This document shows, one piece after another, positions 48,157 through 57,625 of a DNA stretch of 64,000 bases. The DNA comes from an uncultured bacterium (lineage in GTDB: Bacteria; Oederibacteriota; Oederibacteriia; Oederibacteriales; Oederibacteriaceae). Under the pieces are notes generated by a model. That model did not search any database. It was not told the DNA's origin and worked only from the letters and a program-made list of their open reading frames with translations. Every line of letters starts with the position of its first letter. Within the stretch, counting starts at the first letter, position 1. Location: NCBI GenBank assembly GCA_965112635.1, contig OZ218778.1, positions 32,001-96,000 on the forward strand, given 5' to 3'. The translations under genes were made by a program, and so were the position numbers.

Positions 48157-48235
48157 GATTTCCCCTTATTTTTCCTATGTTTTCTGACTCTATTCAGTTC
48201 ACATAGGCTTTTCTTCTACTGGTATTAACATATAA

Positions 48236-48251
48236 AGCAATTCCCGTGCCA
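48236..48251 (-). promoter_or_regulatory. Sigma-54 (RpoN) -24/-12 promoter of the giant gene
   Basis: Minus strand reads TGGCACGGGAATTGCT, matching TGGCACG-N4-TTGCW exactly. It is about 80 nt upstream of the ATG, correctly oriented and adjacent to a sigma-54 activator gene. Confidence 0.9.
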
Positions 48252-48391
48252 AACTGCCCAAATTTAATATTTTTTAACTATTTATTCGATTTTTAAGAAT
48301 TTTGATTGGTTTTAAAGGAGATATAATTTTATTGCTTTAGGGTTTTATTAGGGTTACCAAATGCTTATAAAGGCTTAAAGGCTTTTTGGGG

Positions 48392-48426
48392 TGGTCAGAA
48401 ATTAACCACTGGTCAATAATTGACCA
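48392..48426. promoter_or_regulatory. Tandem palindromic upstream activator sites (putative enhancer-binding-protein sites)
   Basis: TGGTCAGAAATTAACCA (48392-48408, imperfect) and TGGTCAATAATTGACCA (48410-48426, perfect 7-3-7 palindrome). They lie about 170-200 nt upstream of the predicted start site, beyond an AT-rich tract. Confidence 0.7.
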
Positions 48427-48470
48427 ATCGGCAAAAGTTGGGAAAATATTTTTGGGAGTTGAAAAGCGGG

Positions 48471-49833
48471 CTAAACGGACCGACGGCGGTGGCGCGCCTT
48501 TATCCGATTCCTCTTGATCTTGGCCCGCAGGGTGGAACGGGTGATACCGAGGATTTTGGCGGCTTTGGTCAGGTTGAATTTGGTAGTGTCTAAAACCCTT
48601 AAAATATGGTCCTTTTCCACCATTTCCAGGGAATGGTGCGCATCTTCTCTCCGTAAAAAAGTGGGTTCCAGAGGCAGGAACTCCGCCTCCATGATGTTCT
48701 TTTTTTCCAGCAAGACTCCGCGCTCTATCACATTTTTTAACTCCCGCACATTGCCCGGCCAGTCATAGGCCAGGATCATGTTCTCCGCCTGCTTGCTGAA
48801 AGCCTTGATCTTTTTCTTGAAGGTCTTGTTAAACTCTTTTAAAAAATGTTTGGCGAGGACCAGGATGTCCTCCTGGCGTTCCCTCAGGGGCGGAATATGG
48901 AGCGGGATGACCTTAAGCCGGTAATAGAGGTCCTCCCTGAACTTGCGGTCGTGAACCGCCTCTTCCAGGTCCTTGTTGGTCGCGGCAATGATGCGCACAT
49001 CCACTTTGACGTCCTGAGTGCCGCCGACCCGCTTGAAAGTTTTGTTCTCCAGAAATCTCAAAAGCTTGACCTGCGCGGTCAGAGGCATTTCGCCGACCTC
49101 ATCCAGGAACAGGAACCCTCCGTGGGCCATCTCGAACAGTCCTTTTTTGAGCTTGTGCGCTCCGGTAAAAGCGCCTTCCTCGTAACCAAAGAGTTCGCTC
49201 TCCAGCAACGTTTCCGGGATGGCCGCGCAGTTGACCTCCATGAACGGCTTAGAGGATCGCCGGCTCTTGTAAAAGATAGTGCGGGCCAAAAGCTCCTTGC
49301 CTGTGCCGGTCTCGCCCTGGATGAGGATAGTGGGCGCTTCGCTGCGGGCAATGGTCTCGGCCATCTCGTAAAGGGCTTTCATCTTTTTGGAACTGCCCAT
49401 GACAAAGCCGGTCTCGAACTGGCTCTTGGCCTGCTGGCGCGTCCGGCTGACCTCTTCTTTAAGCTCATGTGTTTCCATAGCCTTGCGGATAGTGTGCTTG
49501 AGTTCGGCGATATCAAAGGGCTTATTGATGTAATCGTAGGCGCCCAGCTTCATGGCCAGGACCACAGTGGAAGTATCGCCGTAGGCGGTGATCATGATGA
49601 CCGGAATGTCCATTCGATTCTTTGGGTTTTAATTTTTTGAGCATGTCCAGGCCGCTCATGTCCGGCAGCCGGATATCGAACAGGGCCAGGTCTGGTTCCA
49701 ACTTTTTGAATTTGGCCATCCCCTCTTTGCCCGTGGCCGCTGTTTCCACGGTATACCCTTCGTCTTTGAACGCTTCGGACAAGGACCATCTCAGGATTTT
49801 TTCATCATCTACCACTAGGATTGTTTTGGGCAT
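48471..49833 (-). CDS. NtrC/AtoC-family sigma-54-dependent response regulator (REC-AAA+-HTH), split by a +1 frameshift near 49615-49640
   Basis: REC start ILVVDDE…LFDIRLPDMSG (ORF 49522-49833) continues as DIPVIMITAYG…GAYDYINKPF in ORF 48471-49613. Also GETGTGKE, ESELFGYEEGAFTGA, FLDEVGE, WPGNVRELKN and a C-terminal Fis-type HTH. Confidence 0.93.
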
Positions 49834-49847
49834 AACGACTCTCCTCT

Positions 49848-52800
49848 TTAAGACTGCCGGGGCACCGGCAGGATGACCGTGAAGGTCGTGCCTTTGTCCT
49901 TTTGGCTGTTGACCATGATCTTGCCGCCGTATTCCACCACGATCTGGTTGGCGATGGAGAGGCCCAGCCCGGACCCCTCCTGTTTGGTCGTGAAGAACGG
50001 GTCAAATACGCGGTTGAGGTTCTCCTTGGCAATGCCCACCCCGGTATCCATCACGGAAAACTCCACCCACGCCTTTTTGGCCGAGGGAGCCGCGCCCTTT
50101 TGCGTAAGGAGGACCAGTTTTCCGCCGTGGGGCATGGCCTGGACGGCGTTGAGGATGAGGTTCAAAAATACCTGCTGGATCTGCTTGGGGTCGGCGTGGA
50201 TCTGGGGCAGGTTCTTATCCAGCTTCTGGATAAGGTTGATCTTCTGGGGGGTCTTGCCGCCCGGGAAAATGAACGGTAAAACCCTGTCTATTTGCTTGTT
50301 GATGTCGATAAGCTCCATTTTTGGCTTGCCGGAACGCGTGAAATTGAGGGTGTTGTTGACCACAGCGTCCAGCCTCTTGACCTCGCTCAGGGTCCGGTCG
50401 ATGTAGTTCTTGGCCTGGTCCTGCGTCACCTTATCCCTTAAAAGCTGCAGGGTCGTGCTGATGCCGGCAAGCGGGTTCTTGATCTCGTGGGCGATGCCGG
50501 CGGACATCTGCCCGATGGCGGCCAGCCTGTCCTGGCGCCGGCCATGCTCCTCCATTTCCTTGATCTTGGTCAGGTCCGTGAACACGCCGATCACCCCGTC
50601 CACTCCCTTGTTGTTGTCCCCGCTCAGGACCGACAGGCTCATCCCCACCAGCAGGGTGCGGCCGTCGCTGGCTCTCACCGTGGTCTCGATATGCCGCAGG
50701 GCTCTCTTGGACTTGAGTACTCTGGCAAAGACCCCGTCCTCTTTTTGGGGCGGTATGAAATACTCCTCCACCGGCTTTCCGATCACGTCCGCGAACCGGT
50801 AGCCCAGGATCTCTTCGGCGGAGCGGTTAAAGGTGGTGATGTTCTTGTCGGCGTCCACGGTCACCACGCCGCTGCTCATGCTCCACAACATCTTCTCGTT
50901 GTACTCCAGCAGTTTCTTGAGCCGGCTGTTGGCTTCCTGGACCTTGCGGGTGGCCACCCACACCTCTCTCCTGGACTCCAGGATGAAAAGCAGGATCAAA
51001 AACGCCACCAGGAACGCGAACCAGTTGGTCGTCTTGGACCGGCAGTGGATAATATAAAGGGTCTTGGCCTTCAAAAGATCGGTCAGGGAGAGCCTCCAGA
51101 ACGCCTCCCGGTCCCCGACCTTTTTGCCGTTGGTCTGGACCACGCTGGAGGGCATCTGCACCTGCACCTCCACCATCATGGTGTTGATCATGGTCCGGGC
51201 CAGTCCCTTGCCCAGGCTTTCCATCAGGTCGTTCAAAAGGGTTTCCCGGTAGTCGTAGTAGGTGAAGAACACGTTGGTGCGCTTGGAGAAGGTGATTGGG
51301 TATTGCTTGGCCAGTTCGTCGAAGTTGGGGTACTCGCCCATGATCTGGAAATGGTACTTGCCGTCCTTGACGAACTCCGTTTTCCACAGGGCGCCCTTCT
51401 GGGTATTCTCCTTATAAACATCCGGCTGGCGGAACATGGCATCCACGATGACCTCGATCTCGCGCCTGCAGGACCCCTCCGGCCTGACCAGGGTGGTGAT
51501 CTGGACGATGGGCTGGTCGATGAGGTCGATCACGTACATGTCGGGGCGGTCTAAAAGATTTATCCTGCCGTCGCCGTTGGTGTCCCGACGCCAGCTTTCA
51601 AAGACCATTTTCTTGCCGTCCGGGAAGAACGAAAGGAGCTGGTTGTCATAGCGGTCCGAAACGACCAGCCTTTCCTCTTCCCCGTTGATATTGACCAGAT
51701 AGATGTCCCGGTTGTCCCCGGTATCGATCTTCCCGTTGTGGTTGGTGTCCCGTCGCCAGCTCTGGAAAACGATCTTACGGCTGTCCGGGGTGAAGGCCGC
51801 GAACTCATTGTCAAAGCGGTCGCTGACCACGGCCACCTCTTCCCCACCCGAGGTGGGAACAAGGTAGATGCCCCGGTTGTCCTTGTAGTTGATCATCCCG
51901 TCGGCGTTGGCGTCCCGGCGCCAGCTCTCATAAGCCACCCATTTGCCGTCCGGGGAAAAAGAAAGGAAATTGTTTTCATACCCGTTGGCCACCAGGGTCC
52001 TCACATCCCCGCCTCTGGCCCTGACCACCATCAGGCTGTCCTTGCCTTTCTCGAAATCTTTGCCTTGAAAAAGGATATACCGGCCGTCCGGCGAAAAGAC
52101 CGCCTTTTTGATGTAATACTGGGGCGGAACGACCAGGTGTTCGCTGCCGCTCAAGTCCACGGTGTACAGACTGCAGTGGTCCTTGGCGTCTATCTTGCCG
52201 TCGCCGTTGGTATCCTCCCTCCAGCTCTGGTAAAGGACCATGTTCCCATCCGGGGAAACAGCCGGGGCGTAATGGAGGTATTTGCCGCTCACCAGGCAGT
52301 GTTCCTCCCCACCGTTGGCATCGACCCAATAGATGCCGCTGTGGTCCTTGAAATCGATCTTGCCGTCCCCGTTGGTGTCCTCCCGGTAGCTTTCGAAAAG
52401 GATCTTGGTCCCGTCCGGAAAGAATTGGGGCGACACATTGATGGTGTTCTTGCTAGTGATCTGCTTTTTGTTCCCGCCGTCAATATCCATGATGAGAAGC
52501 GAGCTGTATTCCCCTTCGCCTATCTCTCGGCCCTGCCAGCTCTGGAACACGATCCGTTTGCCGTCCGGCGAGAACGCCGGCGAGAAGTCCTCTTCCATGG
52601 CTGAGGGGGTATTTTTTGGCCACCCCGGAGATCTCGATCAAGCGCCTCAGGATGTATTTGTTGGGGCGCAGCTTGATGGCCTGCAGGAAGCTGCTGATCA
52701 GCTCCTGAGGGTTGGCGGATTTTTTGTAATAGGCGGCCCCTTTTTCCTGGAAACGGCTGATATCCGACTGGACACTTTGGAGGACTGAGGCGAAATCCTG

Positions 52801-52977
52801 GATGGCCTGGTTGAACTGGTAGATATCGAGGACCTTGGCACCGCTCTCCGACTGGCTGCTTTTGACCGCGGTGTTCTGGGGCGCAACGCTAGGCTTAGCG
52901 GGCAAAAAAGACGGCATCAGGGCTGGTAAAGTAAAGAACATAACAGCCAAGGCTATAATGATGATTTTACGCCGCAT
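49848..52977 (-). CDS. Membrane sensor histidine kinase: signal peptide, 7 PD40/TolB-like blades with Ca-binding-type loops, further extracytoplasmic domain, TM, PAS, HisKA, HATPase; +1 frameshift near 52605-52618
   Basis: ORF 49848-52598 has FSPDG repeats, TM WFAFLVAFLILLFIL, a PAS domain (FNRSAEEILGY), H-box AHEIKNPL, N-box QVFLNLILNA, DTGVGI, FDPFFTTK and GSGLGL. The overlapping upstream ORF (MRRKIIIIALAVMFF…, ATG 52977) supplies the missing export signal and joins if one base is removed from the A6/C5 run (…VAKNTPSAMEEDFSPAFSPDG). Confidence 0.85.
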
Positions 52978-53029
52978 CTCCGCTTTCCTTCTTTTAACGA
53001 TAGCCCTCATCTTGGCGGCAAAATTTAAC

Positions 53030-53160
53030 AGGCTGCTGAAAAAACCCAATAGAGTGTCCTCTAGCAGCCTGTTACGTCGCAAATCCATAGGGATTTGCGA
53101 CGTTGTAGATTCAAATAAATCCTAAAAAAATCTCTTGGAGGAACTTTTTTATAACACCCT
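53030..53160. repeat. Small intergenic hairpin-rich element, possibly a MITE/REP-like remnant
   Basis: Inverted repeat TAACAGGCTGCT (53026-53037) / AGCAGCCTGTTA (53063-53074). Perfect 13-bp stem ACGTCGCAAATCC-ATAG-GGATTTGCGACGT (53074-53103). Ends AGGCTGCTGAAAAAA and TTTTTTATAACACCCT are imperfectly inverted. Confidence 0.45.
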
Positions 53161-53188
53161 TTTAATTATCAAAAACCAAATTGAAAAC

Positions 53189-55030
53189 CTACTTCGTTGG
53201 GTTATAGCTGCTCACGCCATTATTGGTCGCGAACCAGAGCGTGTCGCCTTTGACGGCGATGCCTTTGACGTCGCTCCCGGCCAAGCCCTGGGCGCTGGTA
53301 AAGGCCTGGACCTTCTTGCCCCTGAGCAACGCAGCCCCTCCGGATGTCGCCAGCCAGGTGTCATCGTCCTTGAACACGACGGCCCTGACCTCGTTGCCGG
53401 GCAGTCCGTTCCCCAGGCTGAAGACCTCCCACTTTTTATCGTTGCTGTAACGGGACGCGCCGCCCGCGGTGCCGAACCACTTGGTGTTCGCCTTATCCAC
53501 TGCCGCGCAATAGACCAGGTCATAGACCAGGCCCTGCGTGTGGTTCAGAGTCGTCCATTTGGTTCCGTTGAACATACTGACCCCATTCTCGGTCGCCACC
53601 CAGACCACGCCGCCGTGGCCCATGCATATCCCGTGGACATTATTGTTGGCCAGGCCGGAATCGGCGTTGATGACCTGCCAGGTCTTGCCCTTTTGGACAT
53701 TGATCCCGCCTCCCAGCGTGCCGACCCAGATCTTACCGTCAGCGTCCTTGGCCACGCTCGTGATGTCATTGAGGGAAATCCCTTCCTTTGTCGTATAACT
53801 AGTCCAAGCCTTGCCGTTAAAAACGCTGAGTCCGCCATGGGTCCCTACCCAGAGTTTTTCACCGTCAACGCAAAAACAGGTGACGGAATTGTTGGCCAAG
53901 CCGTCCGCGGTGGTATAGAGCGACCAGTTCTTGCCGTCGAACTTGTTGAGACCGGCATTGGTCCCGAACCACAGGATGCCCTTTTTATCCACGGTCACCG
54001 CCTGGATATTATTGCTCGAGACCCCGCCCGTCTTGGCCAGGCTGGCCCACTTGGCCCCGTCAAACCTGGCCGCTCCCGCATTGGTGGCCACCCAGACACG
54101 GCCTTGGCCGTCCGCCATGAGGTTGTTGATGAACCCGTTGCTGACCGCGTCAAAGGACGCGTAGTTCTGCCAGGCCTTGCCGTCGAACACGGACACGCCT
54201 TTGCCGTTGGTCCCGACCCAGACCTGGTCGCCCACGGCCGTGATGCTCTTGACATAATCGCTGGCCAAGCCGTCTTTGGTGCCGTAGGTCTTCCAGGCCG
54301 AACCGTCGAAAACACACACGCCGCCGCCGTTGGTGCCGGCCCAGATATTACCTTTTTTATCGACAGCGATCGCCGCTACGGAACCATTGGACAACCCGTC
54401 CGTCACCCTCCAGTAGGACCATTTGTCCCCGTCTTTCCTGACCACCCCATCCTCGGTGCCCATCCACACGCTCCCGTGATCATCCACGGCAAGGCCGTAG
54501 ATGATAGGGCTGCGCAATCCGCTGGTAACGCCCGCGTAGGGGTTCGCGGTCGTGGTCACGCCAGCCAGAGCTAGCACGTCCGCCGAGGGAGCTATGGAGG
54601 TCCACTGCTTCCCGTCCCAGATCGAAAGGCCCCGGTCGGACCCCACCCAAATCTTCCCTTCTTTATCCTCTGCGCTGCAGAGGACGAGGGGACTGACCAG
54701 TTCATTGGCGAAAGAGGTCCATTTCTTTCCGTTAAAGGAGGTGATCCCCTTGGCGGTCCCGAACCATTTGTGCCCTTGCTTGTCCACAAGGACCGTCCGG
54801 ACGTTGTTGGAAACCAGGCCGGAAGCGGTGGTATAGAACGCCTTGCGCTGCAAAGTCTTGGCGTCATAAACCTCCACCCCGCCGGTCGTACCGATCCAAA
54901 CCTTGTCTTTTTCCGCAGCCAAAGCCTGGGCCTGGCTGGTCACGGTATAGACCTGCCAGGTACCGGCAGCCACTTGGCTGGCGCAGATCAAAATCAGGGC
55001 CAGGCCCACCAAACTTATTTTTGTTTTCAT
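53189..55030 (-). CDS. Exported beta-propeller protein of two-component regulator propeller (Reg_prop) repeats
   Basis: Signal peptide MKTKISLVGLALILICASQVAA; about 14 repeats of GL.SN.V..I..D..G..W.GT..G...FDG..W; RBS AAGGAGGT. Confidence 0.9.
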   Translation of the reverse strand: MKTKISLVGLALILICASQVAAGTWQVYTVTSQAQALAAEKDKVWIGTTGGVEVYDAKTLQRKAFYTTASGLVSNNVRTVLVDKQGHKWFGTAKGITSFNGKKWTSFANELVSPLVLCSAEDKEGKIWVGSDRGLSIWDGKQWTSIAPSADVLALAGVTTTANPYAGVTSGLRSPIIYGLAVDDHGSVWMGTEDGVVRKDGDKWSYWRVTDGLSNGSVAAIAVDKKGNIWAGTNGGGVCVFDGSAWKTYGTKDGLASDYVKSITAVGDQVWVGTNGKGVSVFDGKAWQNYASFDAVSNGFINNLMADGQGRVWVATNAGAARFDGAKWASLAKTGGVSSNNIQAVTVDKKGILWFGTNAGLNKFDGKNWSLYTTADGLANNSVTCFCVDGEKLWVGTHGGLSVFNGKAWTSYTTKEGISLNDITSVAKDADGKIWVGTLGGGINVQKGKTWQVINADSGLANNNVHGICMGHGGVVWVATENGVSMFNGTKWTTLNHTQGLVYDLVYCAAVDKANTKWFGTAGGASRYSNDKKWEVFSLGNGLPGNEVRAVVFKDDDTWLATSGGAALLRGKKVQAFTSAQGLAGSDVKGIAVKGDTLWFATNNGVSSYNPTK

Positions 55031-55077
55031 ACCTCTACCTCCTTAGGAATATTTCGTAGCGGGTCAACTATCCCCGC

Positions 55078-56703
55078 TCATTTTTTGCCGCTGATCCTTT
55101 TAATCTTCCTGATTGAATCCGAGATGATATCCTGCACCCAGGCTCTTTTTTCCTTGTCCCTCGCATCTTCCAGGTCCGGGATGCACTGCGGGTCGCCTAT
55201 CTCCCCCAAGGAGTAAGCCACGGTCCAGCGTATCTCCGGCTCCGGGTCGTTGAGGAGTTGCACCAGGTCTGGGACCGCGGCATGGTCGCCTATGGATCCG
55301 AGGGCGCCGATGACATTGCCCCTGACCAGGGAAGAGCGGTCGTTGAGCGCTTCCCTTAGGGCGGAAACCGCCGAACGGTCCTGCATATTTCCCAGGGACC
55401 AGGCGGCATTGGCCCTGACGATATAATCGTCATCCTTGAGCGCGTCGATGAGGGTCGGGATGGCCGAGGCATCCCTCATATCCCCAAGGATAAGGGCCGC
55501 GCTGCGCCTTACCTTGGGCGGGCTCTTGGACTCCATCTCCTTGACCAGGGACAGGATGATGGACTGGTCTTCCGTATAGCCCAAAGCCACCCGCGCGATC
55601 TCTCTGACCTCAACATCCGAATCCTGCAACAAGCCCCGCAAGGCGTGAGTGGCCCTGTCATCGGTGAGATTGCCCAAGGCCGCGGCCACTTGGCCCCGGA
55701 CCCGCGGGTCTTTTTCCTTTAACTCCTCCAGCAAAGCGGGGATGACCCGATTATCCTTGAAATTGCTCAAAGCCTGGACCGCGCTGGCCCGAACCCTGGG
55801 GCTTTCATCCTTTAAAGCCTTGAGCAGGTCCGGGATGGCGGTTCGGTTCCTGAGCTCACCCAAGGCAAAGGCCGCCTGTTTCCTGACGGTAGGGTCTTCG
55901 TCCTTGATGGACTGCAGGAGAGGGTTCAGGGCAGCTTTGTCCTTCAAAAGTCCCAGGGCCCTGGCCGCCTGACCCCTGACCTCAGAGTTTTCATCCTTTA
56001 AAACATTGATCAAAGGCCGCACCGCGATACGGTTGCCCAAGACCCCCAGAGACATGGCGGTATTGATACGGACATCCGCATCAGGGTCCTTGAGGGTCCC
56101 CAGCAAAGCCGGGGCCGCGGACCGTTCCCCAATACGCCCCAGGATGGAGACGGCAATAAGCCTGATCCCCGCGTCGCTCTGCTTGAGGTCCTGCTTGGAA
56201 GCAGCCAGATTTGACTTGCCTTTCAAACCGCTCAGGGCCGCGACCACGGACCATCTCAAATTCCCTTGGTTGTCCACTAGGGCCGCCCCCAAAGACGACC
56301 TCCCTTTACGGTCTTGGATGGAACTCAAGGCCGAGATCGTCCTCACCCTGACCACCGGATCCTGGTCGCTCAAAGTGTTCATCAAGGCAGGCAAAGCCGA
56401 ACGGTCCCCTATGTTGCCCAGGGCCAGGACAGCCGCGCCCCTCACCTGGGTGCTCTCATCGTCCAAGGCTTCCACAAGACCCGTGACCGCGGCGTCGTCA
56501 CCCAGTTTCCCCAGGGTGTCCGCCGCTTTCTTCCGGATATCCTTATCCGGGGATTTGAGTTGGATAATATAATTCTGGACGGTCCTGCCCTGCTGCCGAC
56601 CTTCCAGGTAAAACAACAAGATAAGGCCCAAGACCAAGATCCCCACCAAGACCAAAGCGACACTAACCTGTCCCTGTTCCTTCCTAGAACTTTTCACCAA
56701 CAT
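55078..56703 (-). CDS. Membrane-anchored HEAT/PBS-lyase repeat protein
   Basis: N-terminal hydrophobic segment followed by about 15 repeats of L.D.D..VR..AA.ALG.IGD..A.P.L. Start is probably ATG 56703 or GTG 56697 after AAGGGGG, rather than 56727. Confidence 0.88.
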   Translation of the reverse strand: MLVKSSRKEQGQVSVALVLVGILVLGLILLFYLEGRQQGRTVQNYIIQLKSPDKDIRKKAADTLGKLGDDAAVTGLVEALDDESTQVRGAAVLALGNIGDRSALPALMNTLSDQDPVVRVRTISALSSIQDRKGRSSLGAALVDNQGNLRWSVVAALSGLKGKSNLAASKQDLKQSDAGIRLIAVSILGRIGERSAAPALLGTLKDPDADVRINTAMSLGVLGNRIAVRPLINVLKDENSEVRGQAARALGLLKDKAALNPLLQSIKDEDPTVRKQAAFALGELRNRTAIPDLLKALKDESPRVRASAVQALSNFKDNRVIPALLEELKEKDPRVRGQVAAALGNLTDDRATHALRGLLQDSDVEVREIARVALGYTEDQSIILSLVKEMESKSPPKVRRSAALILGDMRDASAIPTLIDALKDDDYIVRANAAWSLGNMQDRSAVSALREALNDRSSLVRGNVIGALGSIGDHAAVPDLVQLLNDPEPEIRWTVAYSLGEIGDPQCIPDLEDARDKEKRAWVQDIISDSIRKIKRISGKK

Positions 56704-56763
56704 CCCCCTTGTGCAATCAGAATACAATGAATCTTAACGCCCCACCTCACCGTGGAACAACGA

Positions 56764-57597
56764 TCACTTTAATTTTTCTATCGCGGTCTTGATTTCCAGT
56801 CTCGCCAAGCCGTCTGTCTCCGCGTCCAAAGCATCCCTGAGGTCCTCTAAGACCCTCTTGTCTTTGAGTTCCCCCAGGGCGTAAGCGCTGGCCAGCCTGA
56901 CATTGGGATCAGTATCCTTGAGCAGCCTCTTTAATGCCGACAAGGCTGTCTTTTCCCTTATTTTACCAAGAGCTGAGGCGGCCATCACCTTCAATTCATT
57001 TTTTTCACTTTTCAAATTATCCAGAAGAACCGGAACCCCGCTGCGGTCCCCCAGCAACGCCAGAGCATAGGACGCCTGGATCGCCACAAAAGGGTTCAGG
57101 TTCTTGGTCTGGTCGGTGAGCACGGGTATCCCCGATTTATCGCCGAACTCGCCCAGGGCGGACGCCGCGTTGATCTGGACGGTGGGGTCCGTGTCCTTCA
57201 AGGCCCCCTGAAGCGGCTCGATGGCTTGCTTGTCCCTGATCTTGCCCAGGGCGGTTGCCGCGTTGCTGCGCACGATCATGGCCTTGTCCTGCAGGGCTTG
57301 GATCAGTCCATCCACGGCCTTTTTATCCTCCAGGGCCCCGAGGGCCACGGCCGCTTGCGAGCGCACATTGACATCGTCATCAAGAAGCCTGTTGACCAAA
57401 GCGGGAACGCACTCTTTACTTTTCAGCGTGTTCAACATGACCACGGCCTGAAGGCGTAACCTGGCCTCTTTGGAATCCAGCTGGTCGATATATTTTTGAA
57501 CATCCGTCTTTTGATCCGCGGCAAGGGATGCCGCCAGACACAGGATTCCCGCAACCAGGAACCCCTTCATCAAAAAAATTGCAACTAAACGGCGCAT
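56764..57597 (-). CDS. Exported HEAT/PBS-lyase repeat protein
   Basis: Signal-peptide-like N-terminus (…GILCLAASLAA) and about 7-8 HEAT repeats; RBS GGGAAGG. Confidence 0.88.
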   Translation of the reverse strand: MRRLVAIFLMKGFLVAGILCLAASLAADQKTDVQKYIDQLDSKEARLRLQAVVMLNTLKSKECVPALVNRLLDDDVNVRSQAAVALGALEDKKAVDGLIQALQDKAMIVRSNAATALGKIRDKQAIEPLQGALKDTDPTVQINAASALGEFGDKSGIPVLTDQTKNLNPFVAIQASYALALLGDRSGVPVLLDNLKSEKNELKVMAASALGKIREKTALSALKRLLKDTDPNVRLASAYALGELKDKRVLEDLRDALDAETDGLARLEIKTAIEKLK

Positions 57598-57625
57598 TCA
57601 GCCTTCCCTCTCCAAAGATTTGATC

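Noticed and set aside
5-48036. Numerous plus-strand ORFs up to 561 aa and short alternative-frame minus ORFs
   Set aside because: They are antisense or off-frame shadows of the GC3-rich repetitive giant gene. They mirror its periodicity and have no recognisable domains.
21966-48156. Stop-codon reassignment as the cause of the split giant gene
   Set aside because: The breaks are frame changes, not in-frame stops. TAA, TAG and TGA all end ordinary genes in this window.
48290-48312. IHF site between enhancer and promoter
   Set aside because: AATCAA is present on the minus strand but the TTR is one base off the WATCAA-N4-TTR consensus. Only general AT-richness can be claimed.
52978-53088. Upstream extension of ORF 52480-53088
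   Set aside because: It runs through the hairpin element. The signal peptide and purine-rich RBS point to ATG 52977.
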